Part shown: piece by piece, positions 13,370-28,913 of the stretch
How positions within the stretch are numbered: the stretch's first letter is position 1
Layout of the letters: the number at the start of each line of letters is the position of its first letter
Assembly: GCF_001194135.2 (NCBI RefSeq)
Contig: NC_068982.1
Span: 112,687,623 to 112,751,622, forward strand
DNA length: 64,000 bases
Reading direction: 5' to 3'
DNA from: Octopus bimaculoides
Lineage: Eukaryota
Notes under the pieces: generated by a model
Seen by the model: the letters and a program-made list of their open reading frames with translations, nothing else
Told to the model about the DNA's origin: nothing
The model's database searches: none
Translations under genes and position numbers: made by a program

Positions 13370-14050
13370 TCGTTGACGATTCAATCATCATCCAAATAAG
13401 GTTCGCCTGATCGCTATCGTCCTCAGAAAAAGATAATCCGGTGAAGTTATCGGATACTCCAACATATCTGTCTATTTTTAGCTTAATGGTATTTGTCTAT
13501 ATCTTGTTCCAAATACAATGATGTTCTACGTCTGAAACACAGTCTTATTACCCTATACAGTTGTGTCCACATCCTGAACAAGTTTTGATGTAGGAAAATT
13601 TCTTCGATGCACAGGGAAACCTGATCATAATTTCAATCTATGTCCGTGTTTAAAATGGAAATAGGAACCTTCCAAAATTAGATCGCCCTCATTCTTAAAT
13701 TTTGGTTCCGTTTTGGGGGTATAATTTCGCACCTCTTTAGTGACTTTAAATCTTTTTAATCTTTTACCTTTGATGAACTTTAGTCTGCGAAGAATTTTAT
13801 TCATATTAGGGTCCAAAGTGAGCATAGGTAAATTTCGAATAACGGTGTTATATGTCTCATTGTTTCTAGGATTTATGGTTGAAATATAGTATTTTTACAT
13901 CGGGTGTATAATATCGTTTTATTTCTATTAGTATCTGGATATCAATTTTCTTTGCACGTTTTATCCCATCATCTTATTGGTGAAGGTGGATAATATCACT
14001 AAACTAGAGTGGTTTTTAAGTTGAGGAAGTCGTAGGTATCAGATACTTTT
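13370..14050 (-). mobile_element. Penelope-like element relic (RT C-terminus/linker plus GIY-YIG endonuclease)
   Basis: Frame-shifted minus translation: 'DDGIKRAKKIDIQIL', 'YISTINPRNNETYNTVIRNLPMLTLDPNMNKIL', 'LILEGSYFHFK', 'FPCASKKFSYIKTCSGCGHNCIG'. The last matches the Penelope GIY-YIG pattern C.S.N.IY...C..C...YIG. Confidence 0.8.
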
Positions 14051-14057
14051 TTCAGAC

Positions 14058-16275
<2,218 letters not shown>

Positions 16276-16716
16276 TTATTCTGCAATTTCTTTTCGCTAA
16301 ATTTAGCAGAATATTTATTGTAATGTGTTACAAAATAACCTTCCTCCTACTAACGTGGAATGAAAGTTTATGATATGAAATTATCACTAAATAATTATCC
16401 ATGATTTGCTTAAGCGAAACCGGTCGAGTATGTAAATATTTCATTTCATAAATATATATATATATATACCTTTTACCCAGCATAAAATTTCTTTGCATTT
16501 TACTTTTTACATTTTTATTATATAAAGAATAGAATATATGTGTGCATTTTCTTTCATGTAGTTATGTATAAAAACAGTTGAATATTAAGTTGGACGACCG
16601 ATCAATACTTTTTAGCAAAGTATCATATTTATTAATTTTTAAAAAATAGTTGACAATGACTTTGAAGTTGTAGCCTAAATGATGTCATTAGACTTGTATG
16701 GTGACTGTTAGTATAC

Positions 16717-16763
16717 CGAAACTTTGAAGTCACTGTCAGCTTTTCCTGTGTAGAGTTTCATAT
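16717..16763 (-). CDS. Candidate 47-nt micro-exon (D-MKLYTGKADSDFKVS)
   Basis: Strong acceptor TCCTCCTTTCTCTTTGTATAG and donor TCG|GTATAC; phase 1 to phase 0. It joins in frame to the 44-nt candidate. Confidence 0.4.
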
Positions 16764-17326
16764 CTATACAAAGAGAAAGGAGGAATAGACAGACAGAGAG
16801 ATAGATAGATACTGACATTTGCATAGACTTATTGATATGACATATAACAGAAGACTGTATCCTACTTGAATACATTAGCAAATAGAATCATTCATTTCTA
16901 TACATTGTCGTAGGAAGATAGCAACACGTTTGATTTCAGAATTTCTAATTTTTCTCTTTTGTCATGTCAAAATACACATAATCGCGCCTACGCAAGCACG
17001 AGTATAGCCCCAAACCAATATTTCTTTATAGTCTGTTCATTACATATAGATTCTGAAGTACATACTCACTCTTTTCTCTTTCTCTCTTTTTGTGTTTTAA
17101 TATTATCCATGATCATGACCACGCGTTTACAAATTTAAAGAAAATTAAAATGGTCGAGTTTACCAGATCACGTGCATATGCATCGTGACAAAATTTGCAC
17201 AGTTTTCTTTCGTCAGTCTACTCCATCTATTAAAACATCTCTTTTTACTTATAAGCTGACTCTGAGAGAGGTCTAATTATCAAATTAACAACTTTAGTCA
17301 TGCTCAATTGATTATCTGCCGCTTAC

Positions 17327-17370
17327 CTAAACGGTGTCGCCTGAACTTATTAAACATAGATCTTACACAT
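17327..17370 (-). CDS. Candidate 44-nt micro-exon (CVRSMFNKFRRHRL)
   Basis: Strong acceptor TTTTGTTTCTTACTTTTTGTACCAG and donor TAG|GTAAGC. Only the phase 2 to phase 1 frame is open. Confidence 0.5.
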
Positions 17371-17880
17371 CTGGTACAAAAAGTAAGAAACAAAAGCCAA
17401 CGGTGCTCGCCGACATATTAGCAGGAATTCTAACTACTCATCTACGATCAAAGCACCCAAGATTTTGGAAGAAAATAACTATTGCAACAAAAATCTTTTT
17501 CATCCTATGTAACAGTAATTATTCAAAAATATTTTGGCTTCTAATAAAACGTGTATTGTATAGTTCTTTTGTTTGTAAACACGATTTCATTCATTCATAC
17601 ACATGGGCGCATGCACCCGTACACACATACACACACACACACCCAAATGGATAGTTGTTTGGGTGTATGGATGAACTGCCATGGTTTCAACGACGAGTAT
17701 TCAGTTGCTCGATTAATTGAATCACCTGCCCATTGAACGTGCGTGAAATTGGCTGAACATTCCACAGACACGTGTACCCTCAAAATAATGTTCAGGCAGA
17801 ATAAGCGTTAATACTGTTTGATAATACTGTCCATTTGAATAACAGGTGAAACTGTGGGGCTTCTGTTTAGTTTCACTTAC

Positions 17881-17944
17881 ACGGTATGGATCACAAGGTA
17901 TGCAATTGCTATCCTTAAAACGTGTATCAAGTCAACAGTAAATA
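17881..17944 (-). CDS. Candidate 64-nt micro-exon (V-FTVDLIHVLRIAIAYLVIHT-V)
   Basis: Acceptor TTTTTTTTATAAG and donor CGT|GTAAGTG; phase 1 to phase 2. It exactly bridges the 62-nt exon (ends phase 1) and the 44-nt candidate (starts phase 2). Confidence 0.35.
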
Positions 17945-19001
17945 CTTATAAAAAAAAGTAATTATGCAAACAGTGCCAGATCTAAATTGAACCAAATAGC
18001 TTTGATTATATAGAAACGATCACTAAAGAATTTAGCATCAGACTCTAGCAACATAATTGCGTATTTAGAAAATTGCATTTAAAATTGGAAACACTACTAG
18101 CAACACATATCAGGTTTTTGAAAAATAGCAATATACACATGCTCAACTTCTTAGCGTAGTCTTTGTTCACTAGACAGGCTAGGAAATCTAGCAAATCTGG
18201 AAAGTAAAGTCTCACATAATTAATATCTTCATGCTCTCACAAGTGCGCTTACATCTATATGTATCATAACTGATAACAATAACATGAGATCTCACTTAGC
18301 ACAAAATATTTTCTTTCCCATTCTCCTCTTTCCTCTACAAATATTTCACAACCAAACTAGTAATAACGCCAGTTTGACCCACATAAATAAAGCTATAATC
18401 ATTCATTAAATAGATAATGTTTTCACCTACAATAGTTAATTCTCAAGAAAGTATGATTTGTAAGAAAATATAATTGTAGGTTTGAATTACTCTTTATATA
18501 AGTGCGTCGTGTGATTTAATATGTAGTTGGAATTCTTTGTTACTAATGTCAATCTTGGTCTTCAGAGTCAACAATTTTCAGATTTCTTTCTACTGAAATT
18601 GTAAAGTTCAGTCATTGAACACTGTAGGCAAGTTGTACTTGAAATTCTCTGATGCTGTGCCCGGAATATTTTCGGAATTAACAGAATTTGCCAGCCCTTA
18701 GTCTGCCATTTCTCAAGAACAACGATATACAAATATTAGCAAATCAGGATTTCCTGTTTCCCATATCAGAAGTGAAGTGCAGTGAGTAAGGTATGATAGA
18801 ATAAATTCTGTTCCTACAGCAATGCCTACTAGTGCACACTTTTCTATTTATTGCAAAACTTCGTTCGTTCAGAGATGTTTTCTCACAATATATTTGGACT
18901 GTGTGTCCTTTGCTTTTTATTAAGCGTATTGAAAGAATAACGAAAGCAACCGTTTTACACAGTCATATCACAAACCAATTAAAATGTTATATATATATAT
19001 G

Positions 19002-19075
<74 letters not shown>

Positions 19076-20373
19076 CATATAGACTGCAGCTTCAGGTCAG
19101 CTCACGAATTAGGTGTATTTTGGAACAGCTCTTCGTTATATATTTCATGTTCTCATTAAAAGTATGAGATATTTAATGTATGTGGTTTTCAAAATATTCT
19201 ATTTTCTTGAAACACGAATTTTGGACAAACCAAAACATTTCACTCTCCCTCGTGGTAATTGAATCTTTAGTTGTACAACCTTGTTTAGCTTAGATTATGT
19301 TTTCTGTATATGGTGAGGTTGTAGGAGATTCCTGAACGTAAAGTGGAGAAATGTTTGAATAGGATGGAAACTTTGGGCGTTATATAAATGCCAATCTATG
19401 AGTTAAACTATGATTAATTTTCTGGCTCAGATGCGAAATGTATATTTATCGCGTTTAAAACCACAAATTTTCATATAGTACAAAGTATTCAACAGTGGGG
19501 CAATATATTCATAAAATATACATAAAATATGAACATTCAGCGAAATTTGATTAATTGACAAAAAAAAAATTACTCTAGAAAATACATAGGAATACATCAA
19601 ATAGAAATTTCGTATGATGAACACGTGGTGTATTCCCCTATCCCTATAGATAAATATTTCATATATTTTGTATGTGAATATTTTCACATACAAAATATAT
19701 GGAAATATGCGTACAACAATTGAGTTGGCGTATGTATTACAAATTTCTGAGAACATATTTTCTCACCATTCAAATGGTTGTTGCTAATCGTATTTTCATG
19801 TGCTTTTGAATAAATTGAACAACTTTGCTTATATATTGTTTCGCATCTACTCTACTTTAATTGTTTGTATGAATGGTAACAGCTCATATACATATACATA
19901 CATACATACATAAATACATACATATATATATATGTGCGTGTGTGTGTGTATATATATATATATAAATTTATGTATGTATATATATATAAGCAAAATAAGC
20001 AACAAGGATATCCAGAGGTAATGCAGTACGATCGTTTCATGCAACTCCATTTAATTGAACAATGTAATCATTACATCAATTTAAAATGCAGAGCAATCAC
20101 ATTTACTTTAATCACCTTACTTTGAAATTGCATGGACAATACCGTACTAAATTCTGGTGCCTAAACTTAAGTACAATATTCACCTGAATCTATTTTTTGC
20201 TTATATATATACATACATACATATATACATACATGCATACATACATACATATATATGTCACAATATATGGATTCAAGTATTCCGGTAGTATTCATAAAAA
20301 TGGTCCTTAGTTTGCCATAGCATAAAAAAGTTAGAGTATATGGAAATATACATGTGAAAAGTATAAGAACATT

Positions 20374-21374
20374 AAGATAAAAATAATGGAAGCATATGAT
20401 GAACTTTATTCAACAAATAAGCATCAAACTATCACGACAAATGTGTTTCAGTGATCCCAAAACATGTAAATAGCTCATATTACTGTATTTAATAAAAAAT
20501 ATGCTATTCACATCATGCCTGCATTAATTTGAATTACGAAACGTTCACTGAAGATAATGCAGAATTTGGGATACATCATCAGGTGAAAATGGTTAATTGT
20601 TAAATACATCACAATTTTAATATACCTTGTAAATTTTATGATATACGAACGTTGTGTTATATTAAAAAAAAAAACTACGTAAGATGATAATGACTGAACA
20701 ACTATAAATATATATAAGGATTTTCTTATAAATTAATAGGGACTTGAATAATATAATTAAAAATCAATAATTGTAAAAACATTACTAGTATTTCGAAAAT
20801 TTACAAATATAGATCAAAATTATAATATAAATGGTGTATTGAACAATATAGAAAGATACGTATACAAATACACATATTACATATATGTCAATGTGTTTTG
20901 TTGCTGACCATCCTTGCTGCCAGGGGTCCTTCAGCGACAACTCAGCTTGATAAACTCGATGGCTACTACACATTTCAGGTCACGACAGACAGAGTAGATA
21001 CTCTTGAAGTCGAGAATTTGAACTTATGGAGAAAATATATACATATCGCATGAGGAAACACAACTAGATCTCGTTATACAAACAAACAGTTGCATAATCA
21101 AGTACCTGCACGACTGGAGAACTACGTTGCGTAGAAACAATTGTAGTAATTGAAAATATATGTCCAATCCTACTCTTTCTTGTTTGCTTCATATCTTTTC
21201 GATTATCTACTCACAGTCGACAGAAACACAAACGCTAACCTTGTAGTACTTATAATACAAAGATTGGATAGCACAGTGTGAAACCTGAAGGCGGACGAAC
21301 ATTATACTGTTCTCTACCACGTTCTTAACAGAATACATCATAACTATATGCATACATATATGCATGCACATATA

Positions 21375-21417
<43 letters not shown>

Positions 21418-22030
21418 TTGTAATATAATATGTGATAATTATACGGTTGCCATACTAAAACTCCGAGTTTCGAATGTGGGGGGCGGAAACCCGCACCGGC
21501 ATCTCTTCAGTTAACGAGGCAAGTAAAATATGCTATGAAAATGACCGTTGAACAAAGGGAAATTACTATGTAAATGACCGTTATTAAAACAAAAGAGCTA
21601 TTAGAATGACCGTTAAACAAGGAAAGAAACCGAAGGGGACGACGTAAAAAAATAAAGGAGTAAGAACGCTCATAGGAATCGCGTGTGTGCGCATGTACAT
21701 ACATACACATGCGCGCACGCACGCACACCCACGTACATGTGCCTATATGCATATGTTGACTCAGACTCACATGAAAAACACATATGCGCACCCACATATA
21801 CGTCAAATAGATGCATATATATATGCAACCATGCATGTACACGTATACAAATCCACACTTGACAGGCATCTTCAACTTCCTAGGGTTAAATAGCAGTAGT
21901 ATGATTCCCTTATTGGGACTGTCACGTTAAGTTGACAGTATACAACTACTTTATCGTAACACCGCTGCTTAAGTCTCTCTGTGAGATTTAGAAATGTATC
22001 ATTTCTAATTACACGCACATNNNNNNNNNN

Positions 22031-22087
<57 letters not shown>

Positions 22088-22668
22088 ATACATATGTGCT
22101 TGCATATGTATATGTATGTGTTTATGTGAATATATATATATATATGTATATATATATACATACACGTGTTTGTGTGTGTTTGCATACGTATTTCTCTGTA
22201 CTGTTAAATACACCATTTTTATTATAATATTAATTCATATTTAGTAGTTATTTAAATTCTAATAATGTTTCTACAATTATTAATTTTTCAAATTATATTA
22301 CTCAAATCCCCTTTAATTTATCAGAAAATAATTTTATTTATTGTCGTTCTGTTATTATCGTCTTCTGTATTAAAAAAAAAAAATTATAACACAGCGTTCG
22401 TATATTATAAAATCGAGAAGGTATATTAAAATCGTGATGCATTTAACAATTAACCATTTTCACCTGATGAGTTAGCTCAAATTCTGCATTATTTTCAGTG
22501 AACTTTTCGTATTTCGAATGAATGCAGGCATGTGAGTAGCTTATTTATTATTAAATACGATAAAATGATTTATTTATATGCTTTGGGACTACTGAAACAA
22601 ATTTGTCATGATAGTTTGATGCTTATTGTTGAATAAAGTTCATCTTATTTCTCCATTATTTATATCTT
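20374..22668. repeat. Long inverted repeat pair, arms ~20374-20874 and ~22173-22668, spacer ~1.3 kb
   Basis: GATGAACTTTATTCAACAAATAAGCATCAAACTATCACGACAAAT (20398) pairs with ATTTGTCATGATAGTTTGATGCTTATTGTTGAATAAAGTTCATC (22600). CATCAGGTGAAAATGGTTAATTGTTAAAT (20577) pairs with ATTTAACAATTAACCATTTTCACCTGATG (22441). Colinearity holds over ~500 bp, with identity roughly 75-80% by eye. Confidence 0.9.
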
Positions 22669-22943
22669 TCTATATGTGTGTGTGTGTATGCGCGCGCGTG
22701 TGTATTTATACATATATATGTATAATGTTCTGTTATACGTAGGATCTACAAAAAAGCATTCCTTCATTATTTAACATGAAATACTAATAGTATAATGCTG
22801 CGGAATCAAACTAATTCGGCAGATTTATATACTCTGCTCTGTATCTTCAAGCAATTTTTCAGATTCGAATACACGTGACTAGTATTATTTGAAAAGCAAG
22901 ACGCTGCAGTATGAGAAAACACGAGTAAGTAAGAATGGAAAAT

Positions 22944-23085
22944 CGGGCTGACCAAAGCCTTGTGAGTGGAATTGGTAGACGGAAACTGAAAGAAGCCCGT
23001 CGTATATATATATGTATATATACATGTGTGTTTGTGTGTCTGTGTTTGTTCCCCCCCCCCACCGTCGCTTGACAACCGATGCGGG
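22944..23085 (+). mobile_element. Internal SINE fragment (octopus OR-like)
   Basis: GACCAAAGCCTTGTGAGTGGAATTGGTAGACGGAAACTGAAAGAAGCCCGTCG-(TA/TG)n-GTCTGTGTTTGTTCCCCC...CGCTTGACAACCGATGC. Confidence 0.85.
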
Positions 23086-23184
23086 TGCGACACTCTGGCA
23101 TTGAGGTCACCCAGGAGAACAAGTTGTTCGCTAACGGGGATGCTCTTGATAGTGGATGAAAAGTTCTCATAAAACTCGTCCTAT

Positions 23185-23350
23185 AAATTTACCGCCCGTT
23201 AAGTTTTCGTCTAGTTTCCCGTCTGCCCTACTTTCGTCTAACTTTTCCTTCTTGTTGTGTTCTTTCTGTTGAACCCTTGATACATTCATGTAGCACAATG
23301 CACACCCTCTTTGTTTGCTTTATTGTAAAAATTATTCCNNNNNNNNNNNN

Positions 23351-23410
<60 letters not shown>

Positions 23411-23894
23411 ACTCTTACCCTACCTCTTTCCACCTCAACTCTTACTCTATCTCTTTTTCCACTTTCACTCTCTCCTTTCGCCCTTGTTTTCCACCCTTGT
23501 ACTCTTCTCTTCTCTCTCTCTCTGTCTGTCTTCATCTCTTTCCCTCTTACCCTATCTGTTTCTACCTCTACTCTTACTCTCTTTGTTTCTCCACTCTTAC
23601 CATCTCTTTTAACCCTAGCTTACTTCCTTTGTACCTTTCTCTTCTCTCTCCTTTTCCCAGTAGCTTAATAACACTACTGGAGCCTCCAAAATTGAGTGGT
23701 TTCAATGGCAATGGCACGAAACCACTATGATATTTTGGGTCACTGACTGACGAGGAAAACTCAGCTGCGATTATTCCGTGTATCGTGTCTTAGTCTAAAT
23801 TTCCCGTTCGTTAAGTTTTCGTCAAGTTTCCCGTTAGCTCTGCTTTCGTCTAGCCTTTTCTCCTTGTTCTGTTCTTTCTGTTCAACCCTTGATA
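23185..23894 (+). repeat. Two ~98-bp direct repeats (23185-23282 and 23797-23894) flanking a (CT)-rich tract
   Basis: AAATTT.CCG..CGTTAAGTTTTCGTC.AGTTTCCCGT.....CTTTCGTCTA...GTTCTTTCTGTT.AACCCTTGATA appears in both copies. Confidence 0.85.
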
Positions 23895-24250
23895 TATACG
23901 TGTGTGTGTGTGTGTGTATGTGTGTGTGTGTGTATGTGTGTGTGTGTGTGTGTTTGTGCGTGTATGTGTGTGTGGGTGCTTGTGTGCGTATATGTGTGCT
24001 GCTGTGCGTGTACGCCTTTGTATGTAGTAAATACATTTGCATTAATAGATATATTTACGTTTCTTCAAAATATACTTCATTTCATTGCATAAATGATATG
24101 GCTTCTACATTGGCCTCCCTCTCCAGAACAACATAACGGAGCTTTTTGTTCTGAGTATGTCAATTTGTAGGCGATACGGATATCTCATTTAGAAAGAAGT
24201 TATAACTACTTGTAAAAAATGCTAATAGTAATGACCCATATTCTACCCAC

Positions 24251-24312
24251 CTCGTTTGTCTATCTGTGTATCCCTTTTGACGAAACGCATCAGCTTGTTC
24301 TTTTGTTTCGAT
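24251..24312 (-). CDS. Exon 5 of the minus-strand gene (62 nt; I-SKQKNKLMRFVKRDTQIDKR if entered in phase 2)
   Basis: Acceptor CTCTCTCTGCAG and donor GAG|GTGGGT. Phase 2 entry matches exon 4. A second frame (IETKEQADAFRQKGYTDRQT) is also open. Confidence 0.6.
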
Positions 24313-26147
24313 CTGCAGAGAGAGCCTTAAATCTGAACTGCAGATCTGATTTACACAGTGAAGATAAGTGCATGCTTAATATAAGTAAAAACGTAAATTA
24401 ATTTACAGTTTGTATATACATACCCACACACACATACACAGTCATATACACACGTAGTCACATACACACGCTTTGTTTAGCCACACGCATAAAACATATA
24501 AAATGTAAATATAAACAAATATATAATACAGATTGCAAATATTTAGGGTAGATAAACGATTTTTTAATATACATCGAATTCTTTCTTGGTACAAAGAATC
24601 ATGTGATATAACTGACTGATGCAATGTAATAAATGTATTTCCTTGAACTGAAGTCTTAAATAGTTCTCTTTTAATTTTAAATATTACCTATTACCGAAAT
24701 TCACATTAATATGCTGTTTCTTTTCACAATCAACACAACATATGAAAACAGTAAAAGGGATCAAAGTGTGTTCATAATACAGGCAGAATAAAGTCTCTTT
24801 CTCTCTCTCTCTCTACCATTAGGATAATAATTTCTTTCCTTCTGGACATGGAAGCCCTGTATAATCCAAAACTAAAACTCAAACGCGCAACAACTTCCTG
24901 AATTTCTAGAATGTCCTATTTCCCAGAGTCGTGACTACAATTCACTCTTAATCCTTCTTTTGTTGGCATAGACAAACCCCTCGATCCTATTCTTCCTTTT
25001 TTCCCCAACAACCAAACTACAAAAGTTCGAGATGAATCTCAACTTCTTGCTATTACCGGTTCCACAGTTCCACATGCAGCCCTTTATGAAACCAAACTTT
25101 TAAAATGTTAATCTAAGTTAATATTTACAATGATCAATGCTTTACTTTCAATGTTTATTCCAATCAATGTTACAAAACTGATGATCAGCGCACAAATAAC
25201 TGTGGAACCTAAGATTCATCAATTCTGAGTAAGCAGTATATTGTGCTTCTAACAATGAACAATGTTATGTAAAACGGATGGTTCGTACTTTTGGTCTACT
25301 TTAATCTATATTGCTATTTACGTTGTAACAATTTCAAAACAGTATGTATGATTTATATGAAAAATATAGATTTGTTTTGTTCATTCTGATAGTTAGGTTT
25401 CTATGTCATCAATACAAAACAAATGATTCACCACGCTTATAACATTGGATATAAGAGAGATACGGGCAATTTACTGCTGGTTTAACACTTAAATTATGAC
25501 TTTTGATTTTACACAGACACATGTCAACTTTTTCAAGCAATACATTCCATTTTAAAAATAACATTGTTTTAGAAATATATATATATATATTTCAGATTAA
25601 ATCATAGAACATGAATTATTGGAACTACAATTGCTCGATGGAAATTTGATGCTATACAAGTAAATGGGGAATAGTATTTCATGTTCAGAAATAAACAGCA
25701 AAACTAAATCTATAATTCACTCGATACTAGTTTAAAACATTGATCAGAAGTGAAGTAAGACTGTAGCAAATATTCGTAGAAATTACTACTATTAAATATA
25801 AAGTTATGGCTATGCAGAAATGTGTTCACAGAGAAACGGTACGAGAAAACAAGAGAGAAAATAAATAGGAAAGGAAAGCAAAGCGAGGTTGATAGAATAT
25901 TATAATATAATAAAAAAAAAACCTGAGATGCAGAAAGTGAATTCAGTGAAAGTGAGAGATGGATATAAAAGAGGCATATTTTAAAAATAAAGAAATAGTT
26001 TAAACATCAATGTTGTTTAGAATGTGATATAAAAAGTGTAATATGTTCTCGATTTGGTTCTAATTAAACATGTAAGTTGACAGATATGTTCAATTTATGT
26101 GAGCAGGTTTACATCTTATGCTCTCTAGTTATCAAGGGAATATTTAC

Positions 26148-26246
26148 ATGGTATAAATCTCATTGCTTGGATCAGTGACATAGATAATGTTGCCCCGTGC
26201 GTGCTGTTGCTCATTTATCTGTAAACCAGCCTTTTCATTCTGAATA
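26148..26246 (-). CDS. Exon 4 of the minus-strand gene (99 nt; R-IQNEKAGLQINEQQHARGNIIYVTDPSNEIYT)
   Basis: Acceptor CATTCCTGTTACAG and donor AT|GTAAAT. Only the phase-2 frame is open, matching the exon 3 donor. Confidence 0.7.
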
Positions 26247-26342
26247 CTGTAACAGGAATGTGATAGATTATCATGGCTCATATACAATGTGACGTGATAA
26301 ATGTTATATTCTTCTCAAACATATTCTAACAAAGAATAACCT

Positions 26343-26344
<2 letters not shown>

Positions 26345-26403
<59 letters not shown>
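26345..26403. repeat. (TTTC)n microsatellite
   Basis: Directly visible. Confidence 0.95.
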
Positions 26404-26405
<2 letters not shown>

Positions 26406-28140
26406 GTCTGTCTGTCTTCATTCTTTTCTTGTTCAAATACGTTTCAATTCAGAAGGAAGAATAGACATTTTCGATACGAGTGGAATCTTCATTTGGAGCA
26501 GATGGTGGTAGGTTATCAAAGTTATTGAATAAAGAACAAATTCAACTTCTCGAATTGGAATTGTTCAAATATATGTTATATTTGTTTTCAAAATATCTAA
26601 GTTTGTACAAAAAATAGATTGACATGAAACGAAGCAGAAAAAATATATTGGAAATTCCTAAAGATTCTATATGCACGTTTCATATACTATCGAGAGATAA
26701 CAGATATCAAGTGTTACTCCTTTTTGCAAATATGTAAATATCTGGAATAAAGTAGATATAGCCATGTATCTGCTAATTTGGAAATTATTTATCATTTACA
26801 TAAGAGAGAAGTGTTGTAAAGCAGGAATGAACTGCAATTAATGCGATGATATACCGACATGGTACACCCCCCCCCCACACACACACACAAACACACACAT
26901 GTATACATTGGATGTTCAAACAATGTATGTTATGAAAAAGCGCATTTAGTTCATTATCTTGTTACATAACAACTTATAGAGGAATCAAAATTCAATTAAT
27001 GGTATAAACAATCTTAATAACATCAGAAAGGCAACATTTTAGGCGAAGCTCGATTGTACAACATGATTATCCAAGTAAATATCTTGAGGACATATTAATT
27101 TGTTTTGTGTACAGACACACTTTAATTAAATTTCCTATCCTCTGTTGTTTTCTTTTTATCAGTGTTGTTTTATAATACATCATGATGGACATAAGGTTTT
27201 ATTCTTAACAAAAATTCCTCAAAACTATCAGGTGCATGGGAATGGATAACAACGTCCAAATTAAGATTTGTTGTTTTCTTATTACAGTCGGTGTCATGGT
27301 GATTGAATGGATCACTGCTTAAAAGTAACATTGTTTATTAGAGCTATTGTATATTTTGTTGTTGATACATCAACATCAATTTCATTATGGCCAACTGTCC
27401 CGTTGTATCATCGTTTGAAGTAGTTTACTATATTTCTTAACTTCCCTTCGAGAATCATCGAGGGATCGTTTAATTGGCACTTTGACATCCCTAAACTCGC
27501 AGCCTAGTATCTCAAATATGCCAAGAGCACGTTAGCAATATCATCATTGAGACCACTAAAATAATAGCATGATCAAGTTTCTTCTACATAAGATCTCAAA
27601 TGACGCTAAACAACTAAATAACTATCCTCCCTATCCAATTAGGATATAGCAACGTGGTCGTCGGCTTGCAAGAAATATCACCAAGACTTCACTCAAATTC
27701 TCATCTTGGACAATGCACCCTTAACAATACTACGTCTAGATAAAAGTTGGTAGTAATCATTGCTAGAACCACTTTTAACCTATGGCTGCTTAGCCATGAC
27801 TTGCAACGAAACTGCAACAACAATTTTTGCTCACTGTAAACATTTTCTTTTACAACATATTAGACTAAATGCAAGCCTTACAAGTCAAATCTTTGAGATT
27901 TTTTAAGTATCCAAAGGGATCATATTTGTATGCACAAACAATGATCTCTGTCACTCGGAGTTCGATTGTTCAGTACCTCCTCCACCCAGGTACTTTTGAT
28001 TCCCTAATCTTGACTTTTCTTATCACTCAATTATGTCCAACACTCAGTCCACACTAACCACTGCGTAATGGTGGCTGCCAACTAATAATTGTTATAATCA
28101 TTGGTTCGTGAAGAGAATTCGTTGAGGAGAAATTGCAAAC

Positions 28141-28212
28141 ATCAGCATGCATCAGCACGGCAGGCAGATATCAACACGCATCAGTACGGCTGGCAGCATC
28201 AGCACGCACCAT
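28141..28212. repeat. Short degenerate tandem, ~2.5 copies of ~28 bp (ATCAGCACGCATCAGYACGGCWGGCAG)
   Basis: Directly visible. Confidence 0.6.
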
Positions 28213-28782
28213 CACAGTTTCTTAGCAGAATCCTATAAATAAGATCCAAAATCTCTTGTTAGATTTAATAACCTTAGATAGCGTTGGCTGAGGAGACACA
28301 CAACAAAGTCGACACAGCCGGTCCCAAATCTCCTACCTCAATGAATCGAGTGTGTTATGAAACTAAATACAATGATTAGCATATTCATGTTTGGATCTAT
28401 AAGAAAGTATTAAGAATGAAGGTATATATCATCATTTGTTTCTTGCTATTCACTGTCCACATATTGATTTATTAAGGATATTAAAATCACTAGATTCGGC
28501 GGGGAACTGCGAGTCTACGGTCATTATTCCTTCCTCTAGACCTACTAATTATAAACAAATTATCCATGTCTTTTTAAACATTGTTTAGCTCACTTACAGT
28601 GTTTAGTTTAAAATATTGTATTTTCATCAAATTTAAACAAACTTGTGTAAACTAGCAGTTGGATGACTACTGAGAGCTAATAGCAGTTCATGATTACTAT
28701 TTTTATAGGGTCATATATAAAACATTTAATTTATTAGTCATCTGACTCTCCCATTCAGTTTTATTCATTGATTTGACATTAC

Positions 28783-28913
28783 CGCATTACATTATCAAAC
28801 ATTGATTCAAGAATGTTAAACGATTGTCTCTCGTGAGAACGTTCATGCAGCAGGCTTCGGGAACGCGAAGCTGCTTTCAGGAAAACGCCAGCCGGTTGAA
28901 AGGTCTTGTTCAA
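28783..28913 (-). CDS. Exon 3 of the minus-strand gene (131 nt; LNKTFQPAGVFLKAASRSRSLLHERSHERQSFNILESMFDNVM-R)
   Basis: GC-raised open frame (track ORF 28779..28964), acceptor TTCTTATATCAG, donor CG|GTAATG; phase 0 to phase 2. Confidence 0.7.

Noticed and set aside
17334-17654. Plus-strand 106-aa ORF
   Set aside because: It ends in (CA)n-derived residues, has no recognisable motif, and overlaps a better-supported minus-strand micro-exon.
22800-22903. Strong-looking minus-strand acceptor (TTTTCTCATACTGCAG) at 22903
   Set aside because: Only weak donors occur before the stop, and none gives a clean phase link to downstream candidates.
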